From: Felis catus
Lineage: Eukaryota
NCBI RefSeq assembly: GCF_018350175.1
Contig: NC_058368.1
Span: 2,542,001-2,606,000, forward strand
Direction: 5' to 3'
DNA: 64,000 bases
Of the stretch, positions 1 through 13,000 are shown in pieces (position 1 is the first letter of the stretch; the number at the start of each line of letters is the position of its first letter). The notes below the pieces were generated by a model. The model was given only the letters and a program-made list of their open reading frames with translations, ran no database searches and was not told the origin of the DNA. Position numbers and translations under genes: made by a program.

Positions 1-528
1 GATCTTTTATAGAAAATTGCTTTCGGTGTGAACCGTCCTAATACATGGTAATAGAATCCTTCAAGTAAAACTTGCAAAACGAAACTAATAAATCTTCATC
101 CATAATGACAATGAGGGGGAAAATATTTTACTTGTTGACTGTGTTTTGTTTTTAAAAATGGTCTTCACAAGCGCTCAATTTTTTTAGAGGGGAGGTTACT
201 ATATAGAATATCTTTTACGAGGCTTTTATAACATTTTATGCTGAAAAGCGTAAGAATACATATTTCTTTAGTAGCAATAATTTTGGAACTTGCCCTTGGG
301 CAAGGAAGACTATTTCTTACTATATACTAAGGAGAAAAGAGCCAAATTCTTAAAGCAATATTTAAGAAAAAGGAATTTATAACAAATTCTCATACCACAT
401 ATAACACTTTGTAGCGTTATGTTGGGACATGGAAAGTGACAGTTAAAAAATGGGTTGGGATTTATGTAACTAATTTTAACATTGAGTATTCCAACTTTGT
501 TTTGCTCTGATGCACATTCTTTATGGAA

Positions 529-534
529 AATAAA
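529..534 (+). terminator. Candidate proximal poly(A) signal AATAAA
   Basis: AATAAA followed by GT/T-rich sequence (gtatgtccctgtc...gctgttttcc). Confidence 0.4.
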
Positions 535-1228
535 AGTATGTCCCTGTCGAGTGAAAGCTGTTTTCCAGTAGAAGTGCATGACGTGTTGCCACGAGCACAC
601 GTGGCCCTTCTGTGGTCCAGGTTTGAGCGGGTAGCAGAACCCTCCTGCTGATGCGCATTAAGGAAAAACCAAGTCTAACATTTGGAATGAACAAATATTT
701 GGGGGGGGGAGGGGACAGAAGCAGTGTAAAATAGTTGATTTATGATAAACTCAGAACGTCCTCTTCATGTCTTGTTTTGTGTTTCTCTCTAAACGGAAAC
801 TGCATTTAATTCCAAGATGTAGTATTCTTATTTATGACTCAACCCGTGGCTGCTGCTGAAATGTGCACATATTCAGGCTTTAGTTTTCCCAAAAGGCATT
901 TAATATTTTTGGCTGAAAACATTAAACAAACATCTGACCACAGGGAAGAATCAAGTTTGTAGGATGTCACAGGTACAATACTTAGCACCGAAGAGACTGA
1001 TTTTAGGAGGTAGCCAAAAGTGGTCTTAAAGTAGCCTGAGATGCTAGGTATTCGGCCTAAAAGAAAGCAACCAATTTGTGGAAAAAGACTAAACTCTCCA
1101 TGCATTCCTACAAAATGCTACTTTAACGTCTACTTTTGGAGTCACTTTGTTTTGGTAGCTTTTTCTTTTCTTTTCTTTTTTTTTTTTTTAAGAAAAACAA
1201 AATGTTACATGCTTTTGGCGATGGATAC

Positions 1229-1259
1229 AATAAACTGTAATGGTCTGTAAATAAATAAA
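1229..1259 (+). terminator. Cluster of three AATAAA poly(A) signals
   Basis: AATAAA at 1229-1234, 1250-1255 and 1254-1259, with an upstream U-tract (1161-1189), TGTA elements and downstream GT-rich sequence. Confidence 0.55.
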
Positions 1260-1754
1260 CATTGGCTTCTGCAATTTATGTAAATAAGTGTTCTGGGACA
1301 GTAGATGGCTCAGGGTTTGGGCGTGGGCATCGTCCTGTGGGGCTTCAGAGCAAGTGGGTTTGCATCCGGTTCTTGTCGTAAGAGACCCAAAGCCCATCGG
1401 ACGGCTGCTCCGAGCCACTGTGGAGTGGGTGGTTCCAGTTTTCAGAAACAGATGCTCAGATGGCCACACCACGACCTTACTGGTGGCAACGCTTGCACCT
1501 TGGTCAGAGACTTAATGGGCACGGGCTGAACCACCCTCCCATCTGTCATGTGAATGTCCCCAGGCAGTGTGAAGGGCATGCCAGGTCAGTGTTGGGGAAC
1601 CTGTCCCTGCCAGGTCCTGTTTTGTAGAGAAACGAATGGCTTTAGTTTACGGTGTTTTCCTTCTATTTCATCTCATTAACACTACAACATTGTGTCATTT
1701 ACTTGATCATCTGTAATTGTATGTAAATACATACAGGATTATGTAATTTGTGTA

Positions 1755-1795
1755 AATACATAATTACAGACTTTTGAAAACTGGTATTTTTTACT
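1755..1795 (+). terminator. Candidate distal poly(A) site (variant signal AATACA)
   Basis: AATACA at 1755-1760, preceded by several TGTA (CFIm) motifs and followed by a T-rich tract (ggtatttttt). Composition changes abruptly after about 1800. Confidence 0.4.
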
Positions 1796-3000
1796 CGATG
1801 TCCATTTCGGAGCTGCTTCAGATTATGTGCCTACACGAACCGATGGAATTTTAAAAACATGCTCTCCTTGTTCTTCCAGCTGTTGCGTGTGTATTGAGGG
1901 GATGGGGGCGTGGGGGGTTGGGGGGGGAGGAACAAACACCTCCAGATGTCTTTTCTTTTCCGTAGGCGTGAGATGAAGAGGCGAGCGATCTGGGAGAAAG
2001 ATTTATGAACTTGCAGCGGGCGAAACGCAGCGCGTGCACACACTTTCGTGGATGGCTGAACGGACAAAGGCATATTGTTCGAGGTCAAATTCTGTTTGCT
2101 GCATCATTTGACCTTGAGACGTGCTGAACTGAGATCCACCGTTTGTGGTCACTCGCACGAAAGGGCAGTGAAATCGTGGGGGTGGGAGAAGGCGCCGGAT
2201 GGATTGCAAAGACGCGTTAACCACCGAGCCCCTCTTGGGTGTGTGTGCGCGTGGGTTATGTACTCCACGTGACGCCCGTGTGTCCACAGAGTTTCCCATT
2301 TGCAAACTGCTATTACACTGTTAAAAGTGGAACGGGGAGGGATCGTGGGAATCCACTGTGCCTACCTCCTTCGATGTATAGCCCCGAATTCCGGGATTCA
2401 GGTTCGCGGCATGGCCCCGGCCACGGCAGGTGTGGTTACCAAGGCGTGAACGGTGGCCGAGGGTGTGATTTCTACCTTTTCCTTGCAGGGTGCTTTGGTG
2501 GCTGCTTTCTCTTAGGTCTTTAGGAGAATCCCCCCCGCCCCGCTCCAGTTTTATTAGGATAAAATGGATACGCATCACTGTAGACGTATGAGGGGTCCAG
2601 CGTGGTGGGTTTTTGTTTCCACATCTATCGTGAAATGATCACCACCATCGGGGTTCGTTGCCATCCATCCTCTAGAAGACTTCCCAGTGTAACATTGTCT
2701 TCACCGGAGAGGAACGTGTGGACGTGAGAAGTAGCCTCTTGTATCATTTTCTTTGGAAAGGAAGTGCAAGCGAGTATCCTCAATGTGTGTTCTCCCTCTT
2801 GCTTCCAGCCAGCATAGGCATCCGGTGGGGAGACAGTTGGCTGTCGGGTCGGATGATTGTTGTGACGGCCACCAGGGATGCACGTGAAACTCCAAAGGGA
2901 GGTCTCTGCTGGTCTGGTTAACGGTAAAAGAAAATTCTTAGAGTTGCCATGATTCACCAATTACATTCCATCTTATTGCTTAGAAAACATTTTTAAAACT

Positions 3001-3223
3001 GTATTCAAACTATTTAACATTTATTCATTTTCTGAGAGACAGAGAGAGACATAGTGTGAGCGGGGGAGGAGCAGAGAGAGAGAGGGAGACAGAGAATCCG
3101 AAGCAGGCTCCAGGCTCCGAGCCGTCAGCACAGAGCCCGACGCGGGGCTCGAACCCACGAACTGCGAGATCATGACCTGGGCTGAAGTCGGACACTCAAC
3201 CGACTGAGCCACCCAGGCGCCCC
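3001..3223 (-). mobile_element. CAN-SINE (SINEC_Fc)
   Basis: Reverse complement of the ggggcgcctgggtggctcagtcggttgag head, (CT)n and A-tail; aaaact flanks both sides. Confidence 0.95.
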
Positions 3224-4635
3224 AAAACTTACCTTTAATTAAAAGAAAATCATAGGCGTACCAAATATCTCAATAGCCCTGGGCAAGTTGTGCCTGTAAC
3301 TGGCCGCTTGTTTGGTTTTTCGTTTTTGGTGTTTTTCCTGTTTCCTTCTGAAGATCTTCTACTGACATATGTGGTTTGGGTTATGATCCCCACTGCCGTT
3401 AGTATACCTAGGAACATTCGATACCGGGAAAGAAAGAGTTAAAAGCAAAAGTGTACTGAGGACGTTCAGACTTGAACAACTGGTCCTGCTCTCCTCACAC
3501 AAACATTACGGACGGACGGACGGTGTGCGTGGCCCTTGGAGAAACTTACTTTTGAAAGCAGTCATGCCGGCTGTTTCCCAGCCATTTTGTGGGATGTTGC
3601 AAGGCATCGTGTGAGCCCTTCCTGGCTGTTGCCTCTGGCCTCCTAGCGTCTGTGTGATACAGGGTGCGTGACAGCCCTGGGAGATTTCTGTTTCCGACTG
3701 ATGGAAAGAGGGCTCTTCCCGGTGTGCTGGGATCAGGATTGGAAGCGCTCTTGCAGAAGGAAGCCCTACTCTGCACATCTCCTGACGGTCGACCAGTCTG
3801 TTTTTCGTTCCGTCCCTCCCCTCCCTCCTTCGTGTTAGTGGGTGCAGCTGGCCTCGCGACACATGCACGCGGCTCGTGATGGCACACCCACAGCTGAAAC
3901 AAACAGGCATGCTGCATATTGGAGGAGCACGTGGTGGGGAGGGTACCGGGGCTGCGGGACGGAGCATGCCCAGCGCGGACTTAGGAGGGCCCCGGCTCGT
4001 GAGGCCTGAGGTGACACGCCAGAGACGAGAGGAAGTGCAGAAAAGAGAGCTGGAGTTGTTGGCATTCTAAATGTGCTCGGAGCATTTGGGGTCGTCGTGT
4101 CTTTTGCTCACGGTTCCCGGACGCCTGTGACTGAGCCTGAGGATGAAAGAAGTGTGGGCTGATGGGCCAGCCTTGGTCGTGGATGCATCACTGGTTCATG
4201 GAGATGACCAGAATCAGGTTTTGAGTGGGGCCTGTTGGCCTGTACTTACCCAGGCCACGCTCAGAATGCTCTTTTGCCGGTGACTCTTGGTTTCTATCCA
4301 GAGGAAGGCGACTCCGTTCAATTTTGTTAACATTAGTCGCTTCAGTGACTAATGGTTTCCCCACCTCACATTTGCCTCACGTCTTGGGCAAAATCCGCAA
4401 CGTGAACGTCATTAAAATATAGGATGATAAAAGAGGTAAAAACATAACACAGTTTTTAAAATATGCACTTCATTCTTTCAATAAATACGTATTGGGCAAC
4501 TGCTCTAGTGCATGGAACAGTGTTGAGGATATAATAGAGAAAATACCAGACAACATTCAGATCCGAACTGCCAGGCGAGGCTCCATAGCACTGATTATAC
4601 AGACATGCAGTACTTGTTTAAAATACTGTAGGACT

Positions 4636-4855
4636 GGGGCGCCTGGGTGGCTCCGTCGGTTGAGCGTCCGACTTCGGCTCAGGTCACGATCTCGCGGTTC
4701 GTGGGTTCGAGCCCCGCGTTGGGCTCTGTGCTGACAGCTCGGAGCCTGGAGCCTGTTTCAGATTCTGTGTCTCCCTCTCTCTCTGACCCTCCCCCGTTCA
4801 TGCTCCGTCTCTCTCTGTCTCAAAAATAAATAAACGTTAAAAAATTAAAAAAAAA
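4636..4855 (+). mobile_element. CAN-SINE (SINEC_Fc)
   Basis: Canonical head and tail; TSD aaatac(t/c)gtaggact at 4621-4635 and 4856-4870. Confidence 0.95.
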
Positions 4856-6930
4856 AAATACCGTAGGACTGGGATGTCCACATTTTAAGGCAATTCGGAC
4901 AACACTGGCAATTTTCCATGAACTTCATTTTCTTCAACTGGGTAGTCAATTTATACTACTATGTAAGAACCCAGAGGCAGCCTCATTCAAATCCCTATTG
5001 TTTCAAGGAGGATAGCATTTTAAAAGAGTGTCCTCAGATTTGATGATACAGATTCTTTCAATAGATGACTCCTTCTTGACAGTAAATGGATTTCTTTTGA
5101 AGAAAAAAACAACAGAACAGATGTTGTTTCATTTTTTCCCCCTTCAGGAAAATCCAAAGGAAAAGGCAATGGAATTGTAACAGTTTGTCAATTGTAGATT
5201 TGTGATGTCTTTTAAGGGTACCAGAACTCCATGACACTAAAAGGACTAAGGAAGCTTTGGAAAAATACCTTATTTCCCATAGAATTCACCTCGCTGAAAT
5301 GTAAATGGGCCGATGACCATAGCTTTAATACCGGAGAGATGATATTATGCATCTTGGCTAGAGGGATAGAACTTTCATTGTTTGTCTTCAACGGAATTAC
5401 AAATCTGTGGCCAATCAACTTCTGGTCTCCTTGTTGCTTGCTTTGATTTCCTCTTCTGTTATAGGGATGCCTGGACTTCCCACTGTCTTGGGTCTCCTTG
5501 TCCCTCTTCCACATTGAAAGAGGACACCTGTTTAGGTGCATGCTACAGAACAAGTAGGACTGACAGAATGTGATGGATGGTCTCTGGAATTTTTCCAGAA
5601 GAGGTTTGTGATCTTAAATTTGGCTTAGGAAATGAGGGCTAATTGGATTAGAGCAGTACTCCGAGCAAGCCGTATTGGCAAGGAAAGAGAGTCTCCACCC
5701 TTCGGGAGATGCATCGTGACTGTCTCTGGTTGGATAAAACCCCAGGGCAGGCTGTTTCCATGATGCTGCCATTCGCCCCATGTCTAAAGTGAGATAGAGT
5801 CAAGTTATAAATGACTCTTTGGTAAGTGGGTGAAAAATTAGAAATAGGACTGTTTCTTTTGATGATCTGCTTCAGAGGAGCAAGTTTAAATTTTGTGGTG
5901 ACTCTCACATACCTATATATATGCTTCCTGTTTCTTCCTGCTGGCGTATTTCCACGCAAGAAGGTTGAGTGCTACTATGGTCATCTCAGAACTTTCATTT
6001 GGTTCTAGATGCAAAATTCTTATTCTTTCAATATATAGATATTATGTGGAAGAGTTGTATTATTTTAACAGTGCTTCCTGTTGAAGCAGGGGAATTAACC
6101 TGCCTGAAAATACAGCTTAGTCACATTTAGCTCATATCCACGAGCCATGGCCCTATTCTGTGTTCCATGGGGTCCTAACTATGTTCTCAAATGCATCAGT
6201 ACCTTGAAATGGCTGAACTGCATCTCAAATTAGTTGCTCTATGTTCTCATTAGCTGGTTACTATAGACACTTGGGTCCTATGTTTTTTTCAAGTAGCAGA
6301 GGCTCAGATTATAGGAATACTAAAAATAAAATAGAAATAATAAAATTATTACCGTAGTTTGGATAAATACAACTTACTGTTTTTGTAGTCATGGGTCACA
6401 TTTGGTGCTTTTATTTTTTGGCAAACTTTTAAAAAATTGCTCAACTATTGAGTTTTATCCTTAGATAAACCCCTGATTTTTCAATATGTCCATATAATAC
6501 CCAACGGATGATTTTAGAACCTGACCAAAATTTAAGCAAAGGGAAGTTTTCATTGAAACTCATCAATTTATTCAGCAAGCAATTATTGATATATATTGTA
6601 TTCCAGGAATTATGAAACTATAAACAAAATTGTTAAAATTTGTTTTCACATGCAATGTGACTATATATTGACTCACTTGGCTTATACCTACCCCTCGTGA
6701 AAGTGTGATAAACTAATTGTCCTAAGTTTTCCTTCTTATACAAACTATGAATTCTTGGAGAAGTGGTTTGAGGTACAGTACCATCTTTAAATAATGGACT
6801 TAGGCCATTTGGAGATATTCTTTCGGTTTTCATTCAACGGGGTGCTTAAAATTGTTCCCGAAGGAATTCATTCTTGGTTTGACTTTGAATTAAAAAATGC
6901 CTCTGAAAAATAAAACCTGCGTAAAGTCAA

Positions 6931-7197
6931 TACGGTGTAATTTAGCATACCTTTTTGGCATGCTTTATAATGATTAGTCTATATTTTTAATTTAGAACAG
7001 CAGTTAAGTTTCAAAATTCCTGGGTGACTGTTTTTATCTCAGAAACATGTGATGGCTTGTCATGAGGCTATCTTATTTGGGAACCACACCCAGTGGTTCT
7101 GAGCACACTCAAGGAACTATATTAAGGAGCATGTGACAGATGTATGACCGATTTATAAATACCTTTGATTAGTTACTGCCCTCTAGAAAGGAGCTGA
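6931..7197 (+). repeat. Copy A of a diverged ~270-bp direct repeat (partner at 15531-15796)
   Basis: Shares long blocks with copy B, e.g. agttaagtttcaaaattcctg, ttgggaaccacaccca and gttctgagcacactcaaggaactatattaagg. Confidence 0.9.
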
Positions 7198-7642
7198 TTA
7201 GTGCATGAATATATGGAAATAACCCGAGAATAGAGAAAGACCGGTTTAAAGGCTGCAAGTTAACAGTACTTGGAGCTTACAAGGACCTCAAGGTCCAGAG
7301 AGCGTGGGGCAGAGCACACAGAAGGGTCTTGCCTCAGTTGTGAAGAAGAATTAGCCTCAGACTAAATACTATTTCAGTTTCACTTAATGTATTTTGCAGG
7401 AAACACCAAAAAGGATCAAGCTATTTTCAGCCAACTTCATCCCCGAACAAGGCTCAATCAAATTTATGGGAATAAAAGATATCTGGCACCCAGCAAGATA
7501 AAATACATCATGTTTGTCATCCAATTAAAATCACCAGACCTGAAAAAGAAGCAGGAAAATGCAGCCCTTAAAGAGAAGGAAAAAAAAAAAAAAAAAAAAA
7601 AAGGCATTCAATTCAACCTGATGTAGAACTGATAAATATTTT

Positions 7643-7862
7643 ATTTTTTTTTCAATGTTTATTTATTTTTTGGGGGGGGACAGAGAGAGACAGAGCATGA
7701 ACGGGGGAGGGGCAGAGAGAGAGGGAGACACAGAATCGGAAACAGGCTCCAGGCTCCGAGCCATCAGCCCAGACCCCGACGCGGGGCTCGAACTCACGGA
7801 CCGCGAGATCGTGACCTGGCTGAAGTCGGACGCTTAACCGACTGCGCCACCCAGGCAACCCA
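7643..7862 (-). mobile_element. CAN-SINE (young SINEC_Fc type)
   Basis: Perfect 16-bp TSD aactgataaatatttt at 7627-7642 and 7863-7878; CpGs retained. Confidence 0.95.
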
Positions 7863-8799
7863 AACTGATAAATATTTTAGAGTGAATGGAAAAATAAATT
7901 GAAATAGCTATTATAACTATGTTCTGTATTAAGAAACTTTGAGACAAGGAAGGTGCAAGAAAAGATTAAAACTCGACTTCTCGAGAAAAAAAGTACATTG
8001 TGTGAGATGAAAAATACATTGGATGGGATTAATCGCAGATTAGACATTGCAAAACAGAGGATGTGTGCCCTCAAAACTATAGCAACAGAATCTAAAATGG
8101 AAGACAGAGAAAAAAGACATTAAAAATCTTGAATAGAGCATCAACTAGCTATGGGACAACTTTAAGCAGCTTAATATGCAAATAATTGGAGTCCTTAAAA
8201 GAGAGGAGGGAGAGGAGGAAACAAAAAAATATTTGAATAAATTATGGCCAGAAGGTTTCTAAATTTGATAAAAACTATAAACACAAGGATCCAAGATGCT
8301 TGGTGAATCTGAAGCATAAGAAATGTGAAAACAAACAAACAAAAAAACAGTATACCAAAGGCACGTAGCAACCAAACTGCTAACAACTAGTGTTAAGAGA
8401 AAAATCTTAAAAGCAACCAGTTAAGAAAACCACACATCACATACAGAGGAACAAAGTTAAAGATGACCGCAGATGTCTTTTCAGAAACAATGTAAGCAGT
8501 AAGACGGGTAACATCTTTAACGTACTGAAAGAACAAATTTGTCAAACTCAAATTATATACCCAGCAACAGTATAGTTCAAAAACAAAGGTGAAGTGAAGA
8601 CTTTCTCCGTCATACAGAAGCTAAAAGAAGTTAGCATCAGCTGACCCATATGATAGGAACCCTTAAATTGTAAATAGTAATTGTTAATGTTAAAAATTCT
8701 AAAATCTTAAAATCCTTCAGGCGGAAGGAAAAAGATACCACATGGAAATACGGATCTATATAAAGGAATGAAGAGTGCCAGAAATAATAACTACATGGG

Positions 8800-8802
<3 letters not shown>

Positions 8803-8842
<40 letters not shown>
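8803..8842. repeat. (TA)n microsatellite
   Basis: About 20 TA units. Confidence 0.95.
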
Positions 8843-8848
<6 letters not shown>

Positions 8849-9008
8849 TTTTTTCTTATTTAAATCTCTTTAAAAGATAATTCACTGTTTAAACAGAAAT
8901 GATAACAATGTACCGTGGGGTTTATCACATATGGAAAAGTAAAATACATGACAGCAATAGCACAGACCGGGAAGGGGAGAAATTGAAGTATATTATTGTA
9001 AGGTTCTT

Positions 9009-9245
9009 TGTTTGGATGTTTATTTGTTTTATCTTTGAGAGAGAGAGCAAGCGTGTGTGCATGCATGTGCAAGCAAGCAGGGGAGGGTCAGAGAGAGAGA
9101 GAGAGGGAGAGAGAGAGAACCCTAAGCAGGCTCTGCACTGTCAGCGCAGGCCGGATGTGGGGCTTGAACCCACGAACTACAAGATCATGACCTGAGCTGA
9201 AATCAAGAGTCAACTACTTAATGGACTGAGCTACCCAGGTGCCCC
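9009..9245 (-). mobile_element. CAN-SINE (older SINEC)
   Basis: Diverged SINE body; TSD tgtaa(g/a)gttctt. Confidence 0.9.
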
Positions 9246-9392
9246 TGTAAAGTTCTTGTACTATATATACATGGAATGGTATATAATATCACAATAAGTT
9301 AAAGATGTGTGGCATAAAACTCTAAATTAATTCCTAAAATAATAACAAAGAAGAGCTATAACAAGATGATAAGTTTAAACCTATCCACTCTA

Positions 9393-9615
9393 GGGGCGCC
9401 TGGGTGGCTCAGTTGGTTAAGCGTCTGACTTCAGCTCAGGTCACGATCTCACGGTCCGTGGGTTCCAGCCCCGCGTCCGGCTCTGGGCTGATGGCTCAGA
9501 GCCTGGAGCCTGCTTCCGATTCTGTGTCTCCCTCTCTCTCTGCCCCTCCTCTGTTCATGCTGTGTCTCTCTCTGTCTCAAAAATAAATAAATGTTAAAAA
9601 AAAATCATAAAAAAA
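9393..9615 (+). mobile_element. CAN-SINE (SINEC_Fc)
   Basis: TSD aaacctatccactcta at 9377-9392 and 9616-9631. Confidence 0.95.
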
Positions 9616-10214
9616 AAACCTATCCACTCTAATAATCACATTAAAAGCAAATGGTGTGAACATCTGCAAACAGAGATATACTGGATTTAAAAAAGTGAGA
9701 TTCAGCTACATACTACCTATAAGAAACAAACTTCAAAGACACAGATGGATTAAAAGTAAAAGGATGGAAAAATATATACCATGCTAATATTCTACAAAAG
9801 AGAGCAGGAGGGCTCTGTTCACATCAAACAAGCTTGATTTCACAGCAAAGAATGATATTAAGGATAAAAAAGGTCATCTTACATTAATAAAGGAATCAGT
9901 TCACCGAGAGAACATAAAAATCCGAAATGTTTGTGTACCTAATAAACAAAACTTCAACACACATGAAATGAAATGTGAAAGACGGCAAGGAGAAATGGCC
10001 ACATTCGCAATTATAATTTGAGATTTCAATAACCTTCGTCAATAACTGATAGAACAAGTAGACAGAAAATCATTAAGACTATAGGATATTTTGACAACAC
10101 TAACAGCCAGTTTGACCTAATTGACATTTATAGAACAATCTCCCCATCCCCCACAACAGAGTATATATTCTGTTTAAGTGCACAAGGAATATTTATGAAA
10201 CTAATCTCACTAAA

Positions 10215-10430
10215 GGGGCGCCTGGGTGGCTCCACTGGCTGAGCCTCTGACTTCCAGCTCAGGTCATGATCTCCCGGTTTGTGGGTTTGAGCCCCAGGTC
10301 AGGCTCTGTGCCGACAGCTCAGAGCCTGGAGCCTGCTTCGAATTCTGTGTCTCCCTCTCTCTCTGCCCCCCCTCCTGCTTGCACTCTCACCCTGTCTCTC
10401 TCAAAAATAACAATAAACATTAAAAAAAAA
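10215..10430 (+). mobile_element. CAN-SINE (SINEC_Fc)
   Basis: TSD aaactaatctcactaaa at 10198-10214 and 10431-10447. Confidence 0.95.
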
Positions 10431-11417
10431 AAACTAATCTCACTAAATTTAAAAGGATTTAAGTCATACAAATGTTCTTTGATCATAATAGAACTCAACT
10501 AGCTGAAAGGTCTCTGGATGATCCCCAAATACAGAAAACTAAATAACACACTTTTAAATAATCCCGTTATGAAGAAGAAATTAGAACTGAAATTATGAAG
10601 TGATTTAAAGTGAATACAAATGAAAATACAACGTATCAAAAACTGGAACATTGCTAAGTTAATACTTAGGGGGAAATTCATAGTGCCACCTTCCTACGGT
10701 AGAAAAGAAGAAAGTTCTTAAATCAATGATCTCAACCTCCGTCTTAAGAAACTAGAAAAATAAGAGTCAATAAACCTAACGTAAGCAGTGGAAAGGAAAA
10801 ATAGAGATTGGGGCAGAAATTGATGAAATAGAAAACATGAAAACAGTAGAAAAAATCCATGAAATCCATGGCTGCTTTTTTTTTTTTGACAAGATTATTA
10901 AAATCAAATTTTTAGCCAAAGTGATCAGGAAAAGAAGACACAAATTTATAGATATCAAAAGGGTGAGGTGACATTGCCACAGATTCTACAGATGTTAAAA
11001 CAAAATAAGAGAATATTAGGAACAATTGATACTAATGTTTGATGTTGAGTAAATTAAACAAGTTAGATTAAATGGACATATTTCTGGAAGAACGTAAACT
11101 ACCAAATAACAAAGCTGACTCAAGAAGCAATAGATAACATGAGTGGCCCTAATTTTATATTGATAATAGTCCTAATAATTAATATTAGCCCTACTAATAA
11201 TTAGTATTAATATTATACAAATATAGCATATATATTAATATTAATTATTACATTCATAATTAATTTTGTAGTTAGAAACCTTCCCACAAACAAAACTCTG
11301 GGCTTAGAGGCATCACTGGTAAATTCTACCAAACACTTAGGGAAAAAGAAATACAATTTTAAGGTAAACTCAGAAAATTAAAGTAAAGGAATTATTTTAA
11401 AATTTATTTTATGAATT

Positions 11418-11584
11418 GGAGTGCCTGGGTGGCTCAGTCAGTTGAGCGTCCAACTTTGGCTCAGGTCATGATCTTGTACTTCGTGAGTTCGAGCCCCGCG
11501 TCGGGCTCTGTGCTGACAGCTCAGGGCCTGGAGCCTGCTTTGAATTCTGTGTCTCCCTCTCTCTCTGCCCCTCCCCGACTCATG

Positions 11585-11616
<32 letters not shown>

Positions 11617-11638
11617 AAATAAATAAACATTAAAAAAA
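11418..11638 (+). mobile_element. CAN-SINE (SINEC_Fc)
   Basis: Head, (CT)n and tail; TSD ttattttatgaatt on both sides. Confidence 0.95.
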
Positions 11639-11829
11639 TTATTTTATGAATTAATCCACAGGAAGACATTACAAGAGGAGAAAATGAAAGACCATATCCC
11701 TCATCTTTTTAGACCTCAATTTTAGCAAATTGAATCCAACAATATATAAAAAGGATCATATATCGTGTCCAAGTGGGATTTATCCCAGGAATGCAAGGTT
11801 GATTTACCCATAAAAAAATCAATCAATTT

Positions 11830-12106
11830 TGAGCATCTGGGTGGGTCAGTCCTTAAGCTTCTGACTTTGGCTCAGGTCATGATCTTATGGCTCGTGAATT
11901 TGAGTCCCATATTGGGTGAGCTTGAGCCCTGGTTGGGGTGAGCAGGAGCCCTGCTTTGGGTAAAACACAAGCCTGTTTCAGATGAGCCCCGCTTCTCTGT
12001 CTCCCTGTCTCTTCTCTGCCCCTCCTGGGATTCTCTCTCTCTGCCCTTTGCTCAATTGTGCCTTCTCTTTCTCTCTCTCTCTCTCAAAAAGAAAAAAGAA
12101 AAAAAA
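11830..12106 (+). mobile_element. CAN-SINE variant with reiterated B-box segment (gagcc...gggtg units)
   Basis: SINE head followed by 3-4 tandem gag(t/c)cc...gggt(g/a) units, then (CT)n and A-tail. Confidence 0.85.
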
Positions 12107-12784
12107 TCAAAGTAATTCATCTTCTTACCAGGCTAAAAAAGAAAACATTATCATCTTGATAAAACCCAGAAAAAGCATTTGACAAAATTAAAATAATTCC
12201 TGATAAAATCCTCAGCAAATTAGGAATAGAAAGAAACTCCCTCAATCTGATAAAAGGTCTACAGAGAAACCACTTGAACATCATACTTATGAAAGACTGA
12301 GTGCTTTACTTCAAAATTCAGGAAAAAGAAGGATTTCCAGTCTTGCCACTTCTATCCAACATCGTGCTAGAGACTCTAGCCAGAGCAATAAGGCAAGAGA
12401 AAGAAATAAAAGTATCCAGATTGGAAAGTAAGAAGAAAAATTATCTTTGTTTGGCACATGACATGATCATCTATGTAGAAAATTTGATGATACCCACAAA
12501 AAGCTACTGGACTTAAAACATTAGTTGAGCAAGGCTGTAGGATGAAATATCAATATACAAAAAATCAATTGTGTTTCTACAAATCCTTAATGAATAATCA
12601 GATATTAAAATGGAAACAACATTTAACAGGATAAAAATACTTAAGGGTAAATATGACAAGATATTCAATATCAATTCACTGCAAACTATAAACCAGGGCT
12701 GAGATAGATGAAAGGTCTAAATACATGGAAAGATATACCATATTTACGTATTGTTAAGATGTAAATTTTTTGGATATTGATACC

Positions 12785-13000
12785 TTTTTTTTTAAAATTT
12801 TTTTTACATGTTATTTATTTTTGAGAGACAGAGCACAAGTTGGGGAGGGGCAGAGAGAGAAGGAGACACAGAATCTGAACCAGGCTCCAGGCTCTGAGCT
12901 GACAGCACAGAGCCCAATGCGGGGCTCAAACTCACAAACCGTGAGATCATGACCTGAGCTAAAGTCGAGCGCTCAACCGACCGAGCCACTCAGGTGCCCC
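12785..13000 (-). mobile_element. CAN-SINE (SINEC_Fc)
   Basis: Canonical body; TSD tggatattga at 12771 and 13001. Confidence 0.95.

Larger units (their letters stand above)
1..1785 (+). other. Distal 3'UTR (last exon) of an upstream gene; tentatively resembles TEAD1 3'UTR (unverified recollection)
   Basis: Repeat-free and AU-rich. AATAAA at 529-534, 1229-1234 and 1250-1259, AATACA at 1726 and 1755, and TGTAAATA at 1246, 1279, 1722 and 1751. No real ORF. The gene identity is from memory only and needs BLAST. Confidence 0.6.

Noticed and set aside
289..304. Palindrome cttgccc-tt-gggcaag
   Set aside because: A 7-bp stem with a 2-nt loop is expected by chance in 64 kb.
4636..4720. tRNA-like A/B boxes
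   Set aside because: These are the tRNA-derived heads of CAN-SINEs, not tRNA genes.
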